From the NCBI RefSeq assembly GCF_006345805.1, contig NW_021834816.1, positions 1 to 57,430 of the forward strand: a stretch of 57,430 nt of DNA, written 5' to 3'. This document shows, piece after piece, positions 1-12,700 of the stretch. Source of the DNA: Octopus sinensis (Eukaryota). The notes under the pieces were generated by a model. That model did not search any database. It saw nothing but the letters and a program-made list of their open reading frames with translations, and had not been told where the DNA came from. Position 1 is the stretch's first letter. Every line of letters begins with the position of its first letter. A program made the position numbers and the translations under genes.

Positions 1-62
1 ATCTAGATTAGAAAACGGTTCTTTCTCTATGGGCAAAGAAATCTTGAAATAAAGTGAATGAC
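1..62 (+). mobile_element. 3' tail of R4/Dong-like LINE family, running into (CATA)n
   Basis: Matches 7505-7575, which follows an RLE-LINE C-terminal ORF end; both are followed by CATA repeats. Confidence 0.6.
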
Positions 63-196
63 ACATACATACTTACATACATACTACATACATACATACA
101 TTACATATGTTAAACATATGTTTCATACATACATACATAAACACAACTTACAAGACAGAGCAGTACACACACACACACACACACACACTTGCGCGC

Positions 197-395
197 GTGT
201 GTCTTTGTCCACAGCGTTGCTTGACAACCGGTGTTGGTTTGCTCTGTTTACATTCTCGTGACGTAGCTGTTCGCCAATAGTCACCGATACAAGAAGTACC
301 GGACTTAAATAACATAATTCGATTTATCGATTTGTTCGATTGAACATTTCAAACATCCGGGACATGGCAACTCTCCAAAAACTAAAACAAATAAA
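197..395 (+). mobile_element. Diverged SINE family A, 3' half
   Basis: GCTTGACAACCGGTGTTGG...ACCGATACAAGAAGTAC aligns with the family A tail of intact copies such as 45807-46207. Confidence 0.6.
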
Positions 396-527
396 AGGTG
401 TGTGTATGTATGCGTGTGTGTGTAAGTGCATGTGTGTATGTATATGTAAGCATATATATCTACATACATGCACACATACATATATATATACATATACATA
501 AATACATACATACCATACATACATACA

Positions 528-560
<33 letters not shown>

Positions 561-823
561 GTATATATTAATTAATAATAATAAAAATATAAAAAACCAG
601 ACCTCAATATTATGAAAATAGACGATATATATATATATATATATAATATATATACGATAGAATATATAGAGAGAGGAGAGATGACGAGAGGAGAGAGAGA
701 GATTTTAGTGTGGTATAAATATAGATAAATATATATATATATTTTATATATATATATATACACGCGCGCGCATTTATATGTATAAATATACATATAAATT
801 TTAAAAGCCGAATTGCGGTATAC

Positions 824-862
<39 letters not shown>

Positions 863-1004
863 GCACACATACACATGCACACACACACACACACACACAC
901 ATATATAAATATATATGCATATATATAAAATGGCGTTGCCCCAGCATGGCCACAGCTCGTGAGCTGAAACTAGAATCAATCATATATATATATATATATA
1001 TATA

Positions 1005-1986
1005 TACCCAGGCCTATTCCTTATTTTTTTAGGAGGGTCTAGCCATAACAAGACATACATCAGTCATGCCATTCATTTTCCACCTCAAAGGGACGCGCCT
1101 TGTTCTATGCTCGGGTCAAGCTATAGAACGCAAGCCCCGGTTTCACCAGCGGAGTCCGACAGCATATGCTGGTTTACTCCTGCCGCATCGTACTGGTTCC
1201 GTACCCCTTTGAGCAACTTCAAAATTCGCTCAGCCGTCCACAAACACTCTCCAAGCTTTCCTATCATTTATAAAACTCTCTTGCGTCTCTCACTCTAGCA
1301 CCTCTATCCACCAAAGCTTTCCTCACTCCATCCATCCATACAAACCGATACAGCACTGGTGGCGGACTCGGAACAGCAACTGAGAAGACTTGTAGTAGAG
1401 TTTGGAAGAGTGTGTAAGAGGAGGAAACTGAAAGTGAAAGTAGCTAAGAGTAAGGTGATGAGATGGTCGAGAGACGGAAGGGCTGGTAGGATGGATGTGA
1501 GTATAAATGGTGAGATGTTAGAGAAGGTGAGTGTTTTTAATTATCTGAGGTCACATGTGACGATGGAAGGTGGGTTGGTTGAGGAAGTGGGATATAGAGT
1601 GAGGGTGGGGAGTAAGATACTTGGAGTTGTGAAAGGTATGCTGAGAGATAAAAGGTTGAGTATGAAAGCGAAAAGAGGTGTGTATGAGGACGTGATTGTG
1701 CCGACAATGTTATATGGTGCAGAGACGTGGGGGCTGAGAGAAGTGGAAAGGAGGCCACAAGGTGTGTTTGAGATGAGATGTCTGAGGGCTATGGTTAGCG
1801 TGACACTGATGGACAGGATGAGGAGTGAGGAGATGCAAAGACGAGCAGGATTGAGAGAACAACTAACAAACAAATTGGATAGACGAATGTTGAGGTGGTT
1901 TGGCCACATGGAGAGGATGGATGAGGAGCGGATGGTAAGGAGGGTGATGAAGGCTGAAGTGGTAGGCAGAAGAACCAGAGGCAGAC
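1005..1986 (-). mobile_element. RTE-clade LINE, 5'-truncated, with 5' inversion
   Basis: 1347-1986 (+) encodes the RT C-terminal region ending in RRTRGR. 1346-1230 (-) continues it (FVWMDGVRKALVDRG...DRKAWRVFVDG*), followed by a 3' UTR ending at (TA)n near 1005. Confidence 0.85.
1347..1986 (+). pseudogene. RTE reverse transcriptase C-terminal segment (inverted part of the LINE)
   Basis: DTALVADSEQQL, TMLYGAETW, FEMRCLR and LRWFGHMERM are RTE ORF motifs. The frame is open, but the segment starts within the YADD region. Confidence 0.9.
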
Positions 1987-2109
1987 ACACACATGTAATT
2001 TTATTTAATATGCACACTTTTATTCATTCATTTATTTATATATTTTTGTTCATTTCGTATTATATGCATGTGTACGCGATTATATTTGTATAATATAATA
2101 GCATATATA

Positions 2110-3499
2110 TCAGGTTGAATAAAAAGTAAGAATTTGTACCGAATTTTTGCAGTTTTGAATTTAAAAAAAACACTTTTTTGCAATTGTCAGATAATACAGA
2201 CGTAGACTTACCCAGATGCATCAATAAATTAACATTGATACTTTTTCATCGTTGTTACAATCATCTGTGATCGAGTTGGTCGTGAATTTTGTTTGTGCGT
2301 CGTTCGAGAGGTTAGTGAAAGATTGTTGAATTGTGTTTGTTGTTAATTGTTGCATCTTGAGACACTTGTTTTTGCTGCCTTGCGGCAGTTTTGTTGACAC
2401 TGTCCCCCTTGTTTGAAGGGGAAAACGCATAACTTGTGTCTTCATGATGTATGAAGACTTGAATTCTTCAGACGCAACGACGTCTGAAGAACCGCCTGCG
2501 ATATAAACGAAATGTTTGGTGAAGAAATGACCAGTGAGTGGTAAGCTCGAAAATGGTTTAAAAGATTTCGCAGTGGAGACCTGAGCCTTGAAGATCGTGA
2601 GCATAGTGGACACCCGTCTGTCATTGATGACGGTCAATTAAAGACCGTCATTGAGAAAGATCCACTTAAAACCACTCGAGAACTGGCAAAAGGTATTCAA
2701 GCTAGCCAGAAAACTGCCAGCAACCATTTGCATGCGGTCGGAAAATTGTAAAAGCTCGAGAAATAGGTACCACAGGTTTTGAATGAAAATCAGAAAATGC
2801 ACATATGTGAAATTCGCTCGTCGCTTCTTCTCCGTAACCAAACCGAACCATTTCTCGATTGTATTTTATAACTTGCGATGAAAAGTGGGTTCTGTACAGT
2901 AATAAAAAAACGTTCTTCGCAGTGGTTGGACCAAAATGAAACACCACAAACCTTCCCTAAATCCGAGCTCTTCAAAAAGAAGGTTATGGTGACTATTTGG
3001 TGGTGTACTGCTGGAATCATCCGCTATAACTTCTTAAAACCCGGAAAAAACATTACTGCAGAAACATATTGCCATGAAATTGCCAAAATGAACGAAAAAC
3101 TGTAACTCCTCTGTCCCAGACTGGTCAACAGAAGAGGGCCAATCATTCTTCATGACAATACTCGACCACACGTTTCACTATGACGCTTCAGAAGTTGAGA
3201 GAACTTGGTTCTTCCCCACCCAACTTATTTCCCAGACCTTTTTCCTACCAACTACCACTTTTTCAAACACTTTGAAAGAGTTCAAAAATCAAGCCGATGC
3301 TGAAAGTGCGTTCAAAGCATTCATCAGCTCCTAGAACTCAAGATTTTTATGTTATCAGAATAAACAAACTTGTTATTCGTTGGCAAAAATGCGGTGATTG
3401 TAATGGTACTTACTTTGATGAATAAAATTTCTGCATTGTTGAAATATATTGTGATGAATTTCATGTTTCAAAACGTTACTTACTTTTTACTCAGCCTGA
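2110..3499 (+). mobile_element. Mariner (D,D34D) transposon, decayed
   Basis: Imperfect TIRs TCAGGTTGAATAAAAAGTAAG / TCAGGCTGAGTAAAAAGTAAG, with TA on the left. Transposase motifs KWFKRFRSGDLSLED, TCDEKW, KVMVTIWW, HDNTRPH and HPTYFPDL, with stops and frameshifts. Confidence 0.9.
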
Positions 3500-3589
3500 A
3501 ATATACATCTGTGTGTGTGTTAATATGCATCTGTGTTTGTGCGAGTGCATATGTGCGTGTGCGTGTGCGTGTGCGTGTGTGGGTGTAGA

Positions 3590-3800
3590 TCGTGAATTTC
3601 TCGGCATTCCTGGCACGAGTCTTTCATAGCGCTCTGTCATCCGTGACATTTTTAAGCATCCAGCGTATCCAAGCAATTGATGGTGTCTTTTGTTGGTCTA
3701 CCCCTTCCCCGTTTACCACACGAAGGTTGTCAAAGAAGAACTTCAACCTCTACCTCTTCCTTGTTGCATCAATAAATCTCAGACTGTGCTTTTGTTTGTG
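3590..3800 (-). mobile_element. RTE LINE 3'-end fragment
   Basis: Minus strand reads GKRGRGRP followed by a degenerate ...DDRAL(W)K C-terminal motif. Confidence 0.55.
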
Positions 3801-3909
3801 TCTGAGATATATGGGTTGTTTTCGTATAGTTCTTTGTTAGTAGTCATATGTTGACACCATTAGGTATAAAGAACAGCACCGAGCTTTCGGGTATACCTAC
3901 CATTTAAAG

Positions 3910-4323
3910 TAGGGATTCTCAATAAAATTTTACCAATGGACCCTTCTGATTACTATTTTATTTTTGTGGATCCCCATAGCCATTCGATGTTTAAAAAGTA
4001 GTTTTAAAGAAACTTCTTTCAAAATTCCCATTATGTTTTTCATGCATTAACTTGCTGAACAATGCAAAATGTTAGAGAAAGAAACCCAGTTGTTTCTTGC
4101 AGTACATACCTTTTCTTTTATTCTTTTATTCTGTTATTTGTTTCAGTAATTTGACTGCGGCCATGCTGGATCACCGCCTTTTAGTTGAACAAATCGACCC
4201 TAGGACTTATTCTTTGTAAGCCTAGTACTTATTCTATCGGTCTCTTTTGCCGAACCGTTAACTTAAAGAGATGTAATCACATCAGCATCGCTTGTCAAGT
4301 GATGGTGGGGGAACAGACGCACG

Positions 4324-4402
<79 letters not shown>

Positions 4403-4705
4403 GCCGGGTTTCTTTCAGTTTCCGTCTACCAAATCCACACGCAAGGCTTTGGTCGGCCCGAGGCTATAGTAGAAGACACTTGCTCAAGGTGCCACGCAGT
4501 GGGACTGAACCCGGAAACCATGTGGTTGGTAAACAAGCTACTTACCTCACAGCCACTCCTGCGCCTATACACTCATTAAAAGCTAAATTTTTTCAGGGGA
4601 CCGTAAAAAATATTGTGAATCCCCATTTACTATTTTGTTGTGCGTATCCCTAAAATTCTTATATGGGCCCTCAAGGGCCATTTGGACTCCGGGTGAGAAC
4701 CACTG
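3910..4705. mobile_element. hAT (Charlie/Buster-like) MITE interrupted by a SINE
   Basis: Ends TAGGGATTCTCA and CAGTGGTTCTCA (rc) match at 9/12. Flanking 8-mers ATTTAAAG (3902-3909) and ATTTACAG (4706-4713) match at 7/8 and fit the nTnTAnAn target pattern. Confidence 0.7.
4111..4565 (-). mobile_element. SINE family A, full length (tRNA-derived head, internal microsatellite)
   Basis: Head GGCGCAGGAGTGGCTGTGAGG with B box GGTTCAGTCCC, an internal (TA)n(TG)n tract, and tail CCAGCATGGCCGCAGTC...AAAAGA. Confidence 0.9.
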
Positions 4706-4729
4706 ATTTACAGTTTTCTTCAAGAGAAT

Positions 4730-5490
4730 TGTAAGTTTCCATGCTATCGAACTATAAACGAAAGTTTTGATTCAACTATAGCCCTGAAGATGTATATTTT
4801 AGCTTTTCGCAGAAGATTAGATTTCTATATATTATCCACAAACAGTTAAGTACACTCCATGCTTTACTAATCCTGATTTCCATATCACTTTATGGTTTAG
4901 AGATATGACCTCCAAGGTATGTGTAGCTCTCTATTTCTTAATTCTTCTCCATTCTGAGAGGAGAAGCTTTCCGTTCTTGGATGTAAGACATATATACTGT
5001 TTTAGCAGTACTGATATATAGTCCGATTTCACTAGCAGTTTTCTCCAGAGCATGTACGAAGATATTGACATTTTTCATATGATCACTGACTGTGCCAGAT
5101 CGTCGACATAATCTCTCAGATGTCTGGCACTAATCTAGGTGATTTTTTTTTCTGTTTCAGTTCATTGCTTTCCTTAATATATAGTTAGGGTATAGGATGC
5201 AAAGGTACCGCCTTTTTTGCACTCTGGCAGTTATCAGAAGAAATCAGGGTTTCCGTCAGCAAAATGAATTTTGGCTGTAGTGAACTAATATGACACCATT
5301 AGAGCGTTCACAGTTTCTTCAAAAATGACATAGACTAGCAATATCTCTGTCGTCTTTTCTTTGTGGATCGAGTCGCAGAATTCTGCGAAATCTGTGAAAG
5401 GTAAAACAACTATCATATTCTGCTCATTCTTACTTTAAATCATTCGCCTGATTGTAAGGATTTGTCCAACTGTTGAACTATTTGGGTGAA
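4730..5490 (-). pseudogene. RTE-clade reverse transcriptase relic
   Basis: Minus strand DYVDDLA and ALEKTASEIGLYISTAKT, with many lesions. Its 5' part overlaps in sequence with 7600-7755. Confidence 0.75.
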
Positions 5491-5499
5491 AGAGTTCTA

Positions 5500-5686
5500 T
5501 ATTTATGAGATGAGGAATTATGTACATTATTTACATTATTTACAATTGACGGGTATTTATCCTCATCTTGTTTGTCGTTAACACAACATTTCGGCTGATA
5601 TACCCTCCAGCCTTCATCAGGTGTCTTGGCGAAATTTCGAACCTGGGTTCTCATTCCTGAGGTATTTTTCGATGTTGTTGTTGTTG

Positions 5687-5724
<38 letters not shown>

Positions 5725-5742
5725 ATTATTCAGGTCACTGCT
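5500..5742 (-). mobile_element. PLE LTR fragment (family F1) with B-box-like motif and hammerhead
   Basis: Shares CCAAGACAC-CTGATGAAGGCTG...GTTGTG...GTAAATAATGTAAA with the LTR downstream of the GIY-YIG ORF at 39285-39460. GGTTCGAAAT at 5634-5643 (-). Confidence 0.7.
5580..5626 (-). ncRNA. Minimal type-I hammerhead motif, degenerate
   Basis: GACAC-CUGAUGA-A-GGCUG/CAGCC-GAAAUGUU-GUGUU; the core is intact, and the GAAAC C is changed to U. Confidence 0.65.
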
Positions 5743-5797
5743 GTCCTATATGTATATTCCCCTTTTCATTCGACAGAAACGTTCTCATTAATATATT

Positions 5798-5844
<47 letters not shown>

Positions 5845-5846
5845 GC

Positions 5847-5890
<44 letters not shown>

Positions 5891-5897
5891 CATGCAT

Positions 5898-5928
<31 letters not shown>

Positions 5929-5934
5929 TATATA

Positions 5935-6818
5935 CAAGCAATATCGCCCGGCGTTGCGGTTTGTTTAGTCTTTAGAATTGGAATTTTTGAAAAGTAAAAA
6001 TTTGGCAGTATGTAGCTTGTTGTTCTCTTTAAGTGAAATACACCGAAAAATGGCGACACAGCAGTCAAAACATCGTAAAAAATAGGGATTTTCATAGAAA
6101 AAAGGTACCTTTTTGATGTAAATAATTTTTGGTGTTAACATGGTCCGATTTGAATTTTTTCTTCTACGGTTGGAAGAGTTAACCTTATTCTATCATACTC
6201 TCATATATATATATATGTGTATATATATATATATAAACATATATATATGATGATATATATATATCTTAGCGGTTCAGCAAAAAGAGACTGATATAATAAG
6301 TACTGGGCTTACAAAGAATAAGTCCCGGGGTCGATTTGCTCGACTAAAGGCGGTGCTCCAGCATGGCCGCAGTCAAATGACTGAAACATGTAAAAGAGTA
6401 AAAGAGTAAAAGAGTATATATATATTAATACGAAAAAACACTCCCGGCTACATCCCGAAAATTCATTTCTTTGCCGAATTTTTACAATGTTTACGGCGAT
6501 TCGTTTTTATATCTTGATTTTTTATTTTTCATGCAATTTACGCATGCTTGCAAGCGTAGTGAACACAGTTCACGTCAAACAGCTGACTGAGTAAGGTTCA
6601 CTATTCAATGCATGGGATAAGGCCTAAACAAACACATTATCGATTTTGGCACTTGTGAGATGAATTTCGGAACAGAAATAGCGCAGTTCAATTTTCATTC
6701 GCCTAAACTTTAAGTGACCCGTTTTTGGTGTTTCTACGATTTGTTGGCTAGGAGGAGATGCGCCGGGAAGTTAAACACAGACACACACACAGATACACAC
6801 ACAGACACACGAGTTGAG

Positions 6819-6830
<12 letters not shown>
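5935..6830 (-). mobile_element. Non-autonomous Helitron-like element with a nested SINE tail
   Basis: Minus-strand 3' end ...AACGCCGGGCGATATTG-CTTG (a CTAG variant after a GC-rich motif). The 5' end is TATATATAA plus GTGTGTCTGTGTG, as at 7937. Confidence 0.45.
6264..6415 (+). mobile_element. SINE family A 3' fragment
   Basis: Near-consensus tail ending (GAGTAAAA)3. Confidence 0.85.
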
Positions 6831-6880
<50 letters not shown>

Positions 6881-6951
6881 TATATATATACATACATACA
6901 TACATACATACATACATACATACATACATACATGCATGCATGCATACATAT

Positions 6952-7580
6952 ATCCCTGTAATTGTTGGGACCCTGGGATATGTAATACACTGCCTAAATA
7001 CTAATCTTGAAAAATTAAGCTTCTCAAAACCAGAAAGGAGAAAGCTAATTCGAAGACTACATATCCAGGTAAAAAAAGCCACGGGAAAAAAGTCACAGAA
7101 AAAAGTCACAGGAGAAAGTCACAGGGGTTTTGTCCGGTTGTCCGAGAAGGTTTTGTCCGGATCCCATAGATTAAGTCTGACTTTTTTTTCCTGAGACTTT
7201 ATTACCGGCCAACATAAATTAATTGTAAGTTTTTTTCCTGTCACTTTTTTCCTAGCCAAAATTGTGACTTTATTACTGTGAATTTTTTTCCTGTGACTTT
7301 ATTACCGGTCACCCAATCTCTCACTGGAACTGTAAAAATCTGTAAAACTTTCCAGAAGTTTATCATTTAAATATATATGAGCATGTCTGGATATGCAATT
7401 ATATGCATGAGAATATATACATAAAGCAAAACATACAAATCTGCACAAATACATAGAAACAAAAATACCCTGTTGATGTTGAAATTCCGATGAAGGAGCC
7501 TTGAATCTAGGTTAGAAAGCGACTCTTTCTCTATTGGCAAAGAATCTTGAAATAAAACTGAATAATGACATACATACATG
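6952..7580 (+). mobile_element. R4/Dong-like (RLE) LINE 3' end, interrupted by a MITE
   Basis: [11 protein letters not shown]...RRLHIQ and SLTGTVKICKTFQKFII* join in frame once 7068-7313 and one CA copy are removed. The 3' UTR ends in CATA repeats. Confidence 0.75.
7068..7313. mobile_element. MITE with subterminal AAAAAAGTCACAG repeats, superfamily unclear
   Basis: The motif is tandem at the left end and inverted at the right end. CA is duplicated at 7066-7067 and 7314-7315. Confidence 0.65.
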
Positions 7581-7599
7581 CTACTTATAAGCATCAGCC

Positions 7600-7755
7600 C
7601 TAAGCTGGTGAAAATTCTTGGCAAGAATCGGAACAGCTTTCACCCAAATAGATCAACTGTTGGACGAATCCTTATAACCAGGCGAGTGATTAAAGTAAGA
7701 AGTAGAATAATATAATAGCTATTCTACCTTTCATAGATTTCACAAAAGCTTGTTT
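7600..7755 (+). pseudogene. RTE RT fragment, same family as 4730-5490
   Basis: KILGKNRNSFHPNRSTVGRIL; the nucleotide sequence matches the reverse complement of 5385-5490. Confidence 0.65.
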
Positions 7756-7936
7756 GAAACCCTGCGTTGGATGTTCCGACTGAAATTGCACGCTCAAGCA
7801 CGAAGGGAAATTACAAGAACACTTGAATGTTACACCAAAAGTCAAGCACGCGTGAGTGTATGCAGTTCTAACATTATACGGCTTTCTTGAGCCCTTTTCG
7901 CAAACTTTACACGAAGTTACATCCTCTTTATAATCT

Positions 7937-8110
7937 TCTATATATATAAACGGCAAAATATCTGTGTGTGTGTCATTTAAACAAATCCACAATTTTTCAG
8001 TTAGAGGGCTCGCACTTTCTATAGTCATTAAAAACCGTCCAAGGGTGGTCGTGCACATCTTTACATTTCCCTACCCTGTATGTGATTGGTCGGAGATTTG
8101 GACAGTACTC
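7937..8110 (+). mobile_element. Helitron-like 5' end fragment
   Basis: The TC-TATATATATAAACGGCAAAA-TATCTGTGTGTG start is typical of non-autonomous Helitrons. Confidence 0.45.
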
Positions 8111-9100
8111 GCGTGTATGTGCGCACGCACGCAGCTGTACATGCATGCACTAGCACTATGACCCGGCGCATGCACTAGCACTATGAATATTTACAGATTT
8201 ATCATCAGCTCTGTGATTTATATTTTACTACGAAAATTTTCCAGCGTTTTACGGCAGAGATTTCGATCATTAAAGAGTTTTTGCTTGAAATTTACAACAT
8301 TTCGATTTGTACCTATTAGCTCGTATTTTGCTTTTACGTCAGTCATGAACGTACATCAACGAATCTGCTCCGAGCAAAGATCTTTTGATATTTATGTCAC
8401 AGAAACATACATATCAACACGATAATAAATACGTGTATTTTATTTTGCTAATATATATGCTAATATATTAGCTTTGATTTATTCTCAGTTCATTCCCTTT
8501 ACATTATATGTTATGTATATGACGTATATAATATGTGTGTGTGTGTGTGCTTGCATGCGTGTGTGTTGTGTGCGTGTATGTGTATGTGTGTGAATGTGTG
8601 TATACATATATACGCAGATATATATATATTTATATATGTATATATATATATATATATACACATATAAACATATATAAATATATACACGCACATATAAACA
8701 TATATATACATATCTATTTATCTATATACATATAAACATACATATTTATATGCATGTGCGAGTGTGTGTGTGTGTGTGTATGTGCGTGTGTGCGTGTATG
8801 CGTGTTTGTAGGTGTGTGCGTATAAGTGTATAAAAATAGAGAGATAGATAATAGATAGATAGATAGATAGATAGAGAGTGAGGAGAAATGGAGTTTTATT
8901 GAAGCTGGGAATTTCTTCGCATCAATAAAACTTAATATTAAACTCTACCTTCGGCATTCGAGGGCTATTTCCTCCACCTAGTTTTGCACTTATGCACTGG
9001 CACATACACTCGCACACACTCGCATACACACACACACGCACACATACGTATATATGTGTGTATGTGTGTACATATATACATACATGTGTGTCTGTGTGTG

Positions 9101-9152
<52 letters not shown>

Positions 9153-9225
9153 CATACATGTATATACATGTATATACACGTATATACATATGTATGTGTG
9201 TAAATATATGTATTTGTGTATGTGT

Positions 9226-9260
<35 letters not shown>

Positions 9261-9289
9261 GTTTGTGTGTGTTACACTGTATACACTAT

Positions 9290-9510
9290 GTTTGGTCGGT
9301 GGATTGGCTGAATCGTTAGAAGTTCGAAATAAGTCCTTACGCCGTTTGCTCAGTCTCTGCACGTACAGAGTTGAAACTCTGCGGAGATCAAGTCTGCGTT
9401 TCAGCCGTTCAGAGATAAAATAAGTTATCAGTCAATGCAGTTATCGATGGTATCGACTAGCTACCTACCCTCAAAGTTGCTGGTCTCGTACCTAAATCAG
9501 AGAGTAAAAA
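9290..9510 (+). mobile_element. Old diverged SINE family B copy
   Basis: TGGCTGAATCGTTAG, GAGTTGAAACTCTGCGGAG and TATCGACTAG align loosely with family B. Confidence 0.55.
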
Positions 9511-11147
9511 ATTATATCATATTAATTTGAAGCGAAAACTTCCTTAAACTCAATACTAGTTTTCATGGGCCGTAATCTGAAATAGCTGCTGGATGAAAAT
9601 GGAGGAGAACTAATAATATATTAAAGAAGCATAAGCATAATTGTATTAAAACAGGTATCTGTGTATCGTACTTAAAGTAAATACACAGCAAGAATTTCGC
9701 TCTGAGTTAATATTCTTTGTGGACATGGGACATTTAAGAAGACAGTATGTATCGAGGGCAGCCGATAATTGTCTCAGCAGTGGCTGGTGAGAATGTTAGA
9801 TGACTTTTCGCTTCGTTGGGTATTGTTAATAGCATGTGCTTACAGCCAACCGCGTGTAAATGTGAAATCTGTTGCCACCGATGTGGGAAAACAGTGAATA
9901 GAGTCACTGGGTTTGCAAACGTCCACCCGGTTAAATGAAATGCCTGTTATATGCTACAGAAACAGTATGAGATTAAAATAGCTATGTGTGTACTATTCTT
10001 AATGTAAATACATCGCTGGAAGGCAAATTTGCTACGATATTCGTCCTGAAATAATACCTTATATCTGCGTGATTCAGTAATTTTAACCTAACACCACTTT
10101 TGTAGCATTAATGTATCTTTATAATTTTATTATTAATCCAACTTTTAAGTTTATACTTTCCATGAAAAGTGAACCAAGTACAGCTAGTAAAAATCTCTTA
10201 GACAAGCTAATCCTTTAAACTAAACGAACAATCAATTTACCATTATAGAAAACAGCGTTTCTGTTAATAATTGGTTTTATGGCATTAGAGATAAGCGTAT
10301 TTATAAATTCACTCGGTTTGATATAATCGAATTTTACCTTTGATTACTAAATTTTTCATTTGATGAAAAAAAAAATGTGCTCTAGTTTTCTACATGTGAA
10401 GCAGCCTCTCCGATATCAAAAATTTATGCACTTAAAATGATCATTAATTTCTTTTGATACCCTCAATAGGTAAATAGGTACATATATATAAAAAAATCCT
10501 TTTATTCTTTTGATGTGTGGTGGTAGGTAGTGTAGGTTTTATTGATATGTGTGAGTTTATAGGTTTTTATCGTTTATATTTGCTAAATAATGAATTCGTT
10601 TACTGTGTGATTTATATGGAGATGACAGATGATTATCAATGTTTCATAGTTGAATATTTTCCGAAAAAAATAAAATAAATAAAATACTGAATTATTCAAA
10701 GCTTTAGACCTAAAAATTACAATTTATACTAACGTCATCATTTTAGAAATTCCCTTTAATTTCAATACATAAAAAAATAAATACTATCCATTTATGAAAC
10801 CGAACGAAATGTTACAGTATAAAAATATAGCTTCTAATCATCTACCGGCAATCTTTCGGTAAAAGTTTATGACCTCATGAGTAAGTTCATGATGACATTA
10901 TCGACCGAGCTGAGCATTCAAATACACACTCGCACATATACTCATCCATGACTGACGTCATGTACTGATGCCCGTCTACCTGCTATTGTAAATAATTTAG
11001 TTGGAAGTATTAGTCAACCTTTATCCAGTATATAGTGTAGCTTTCTTTAACAAAGTTCATATCTGTACGAAACATTAAAATCCGATGGATTTTAATGTTT
11101 CGTATGTATGTATATATACACACTCACGCGCATATGTATGTATAAAC

Positions 11148-11183
<36 letters not shown>

Positions 11184-11869
11184 TTGTGTGTGTATATATA
11201 TATATATATATTACGTTTATATATTTATTGGCTAAACTGGCAAAATGACCATTCCGAAATAAAACAATATATATACATATATATATATATAGGTTTAAAA
11301 TTTGTGGCAGACATATGTATGTATATATATATGTGTGCTTACACGTGTCCGCACCACACGCGCGCGCGCACACATACACACTCTGTCACACACATGTATG
11401 AATGCGTGTGTGTGTGTGTGTGAGTGTGTGTGTGTGTGTGTGTGAACAAGTGCGCCTGAGTCAGTTTCTATGTTTATGAATTACAGATATTATCTTTCTT
11501 TCATTATCTTCAACGACTTAAACTCAAGACGGAAAATGTAATAAATGACCATCAATTACATAAACAATAAATTGAGCGAACATTTTACTTATCTTCTTCC
11601 ATTTATATTCTGAATGTATGTGATATGTAACCAACAAAGGTTACATCCGTCGCACACTGGAATTTACCAGAATTGCGAAAAGCAACAAAAGCACAGAAAA
11701 AAAAAACTGTCAAGAAAATAGGCCTTTCTTATATCACATTAACAGCAGATATAAAAGATCTTCCTACTAATGGTTTGGTGTAGGTTAGTATTTCTCAAGG
11801 TTCGATCTGGAGGAAGGGGTTATATATAGTTTCCACAGATCCATTTTTTTGGGACCTGTGAGGGAAATT

Positions 11870-12700
11870 ATATTTTTTAACAGTTGCAAGTTAATGATTG
11901 TAAGAAAACCATGGGCAAAATGGAAATTCCAGAGATGACATACTGAGATGAAAAGATGATTGTAGTGGATAGTTTGTTTAGAGAGGTGAACACACAATCG
12001 GTGATGAGAAGAGAAGAACAGAGTATGTCAGGTGAGCGTGGATGTAGGCGTCACGAGGCCAGTAAATTATCAGGAGCAGAGGTCAGTGTATCTATACGGC
12101 AGAAAAGGGAGAGAGGAAGCAATATATATGACTTGAACAGAATTTAAAGTGTCTTGACGAGCAGCTCCATATATGTATAGAGCATTTGATATTCGCTTCT
12201 TGTTGCCAGCAGTAACTTGATAATTGTCGGGGTTCCCCTGTGGCTCATGAGATTCCTTTCCCAATGAGGTTCTTCCAGAAGAATCTCTGTTTTCTTCATT
12301 GTATGTTTAACCAAAAATTTGAAGGTCGATGAATTTTCTTGGGAAAGACACAGCAGTGGCTTCCTGTTTCCTTCTGCTGGTATATTTACAGCTACCTGCT
12401 CTCCCGGGTATAACTTGAGGCTTAGGATCTAGTTACCATTTTGGAAGGTGTGTGTGGTGGGGGTGCTGATTCATAGCAACATAAGGAGGTAGTGGCAGTC
12501 TAAGTTCAGTGGATATCGTATGAGAAAGACAATGGTTTGACATAGTTAGACAATTAAAGGCAAGCCGGGTCATGATATGCACAGAGAAGGCACTCGGTGG
12601 CCTTATCAACTGGTTACAAAAACGCTGATCCATTACTTGTTAAGTGATGTGAGTCTGACATAAAGGGATGTAGATCTTTGATCATCATTTAGATTTATAC
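11870..12700 (-). pseudogene. CR1/Jockey-like LINE ORF2 C-terminal relic
   Basis: Minus strand IASSLPFLPYRY...SSHHRLCVHLS...VCHLWN...NLQLLK resembles the C-terminus of these ORF2 proteins; heavily decayed. Confidence 0.5.

Noticed and set aside
2375-2491. Four consecutive small hairpins near the mariner 5' end, one containing CTGAAGA
   Set aside because: No HHR stem II/GAAA geometry on either strand. Part of it reads as a degenerate transposase start (VFMMYE), so a separate element is not supported.
7480-7535. HHR-like CCGATGA...GAAAG in the R4-like 3' UTR (also positions 1-25)
   Set aside because: Stem I does not pair next to the core, stem II is poor, and GAAAC is altered in both copies.
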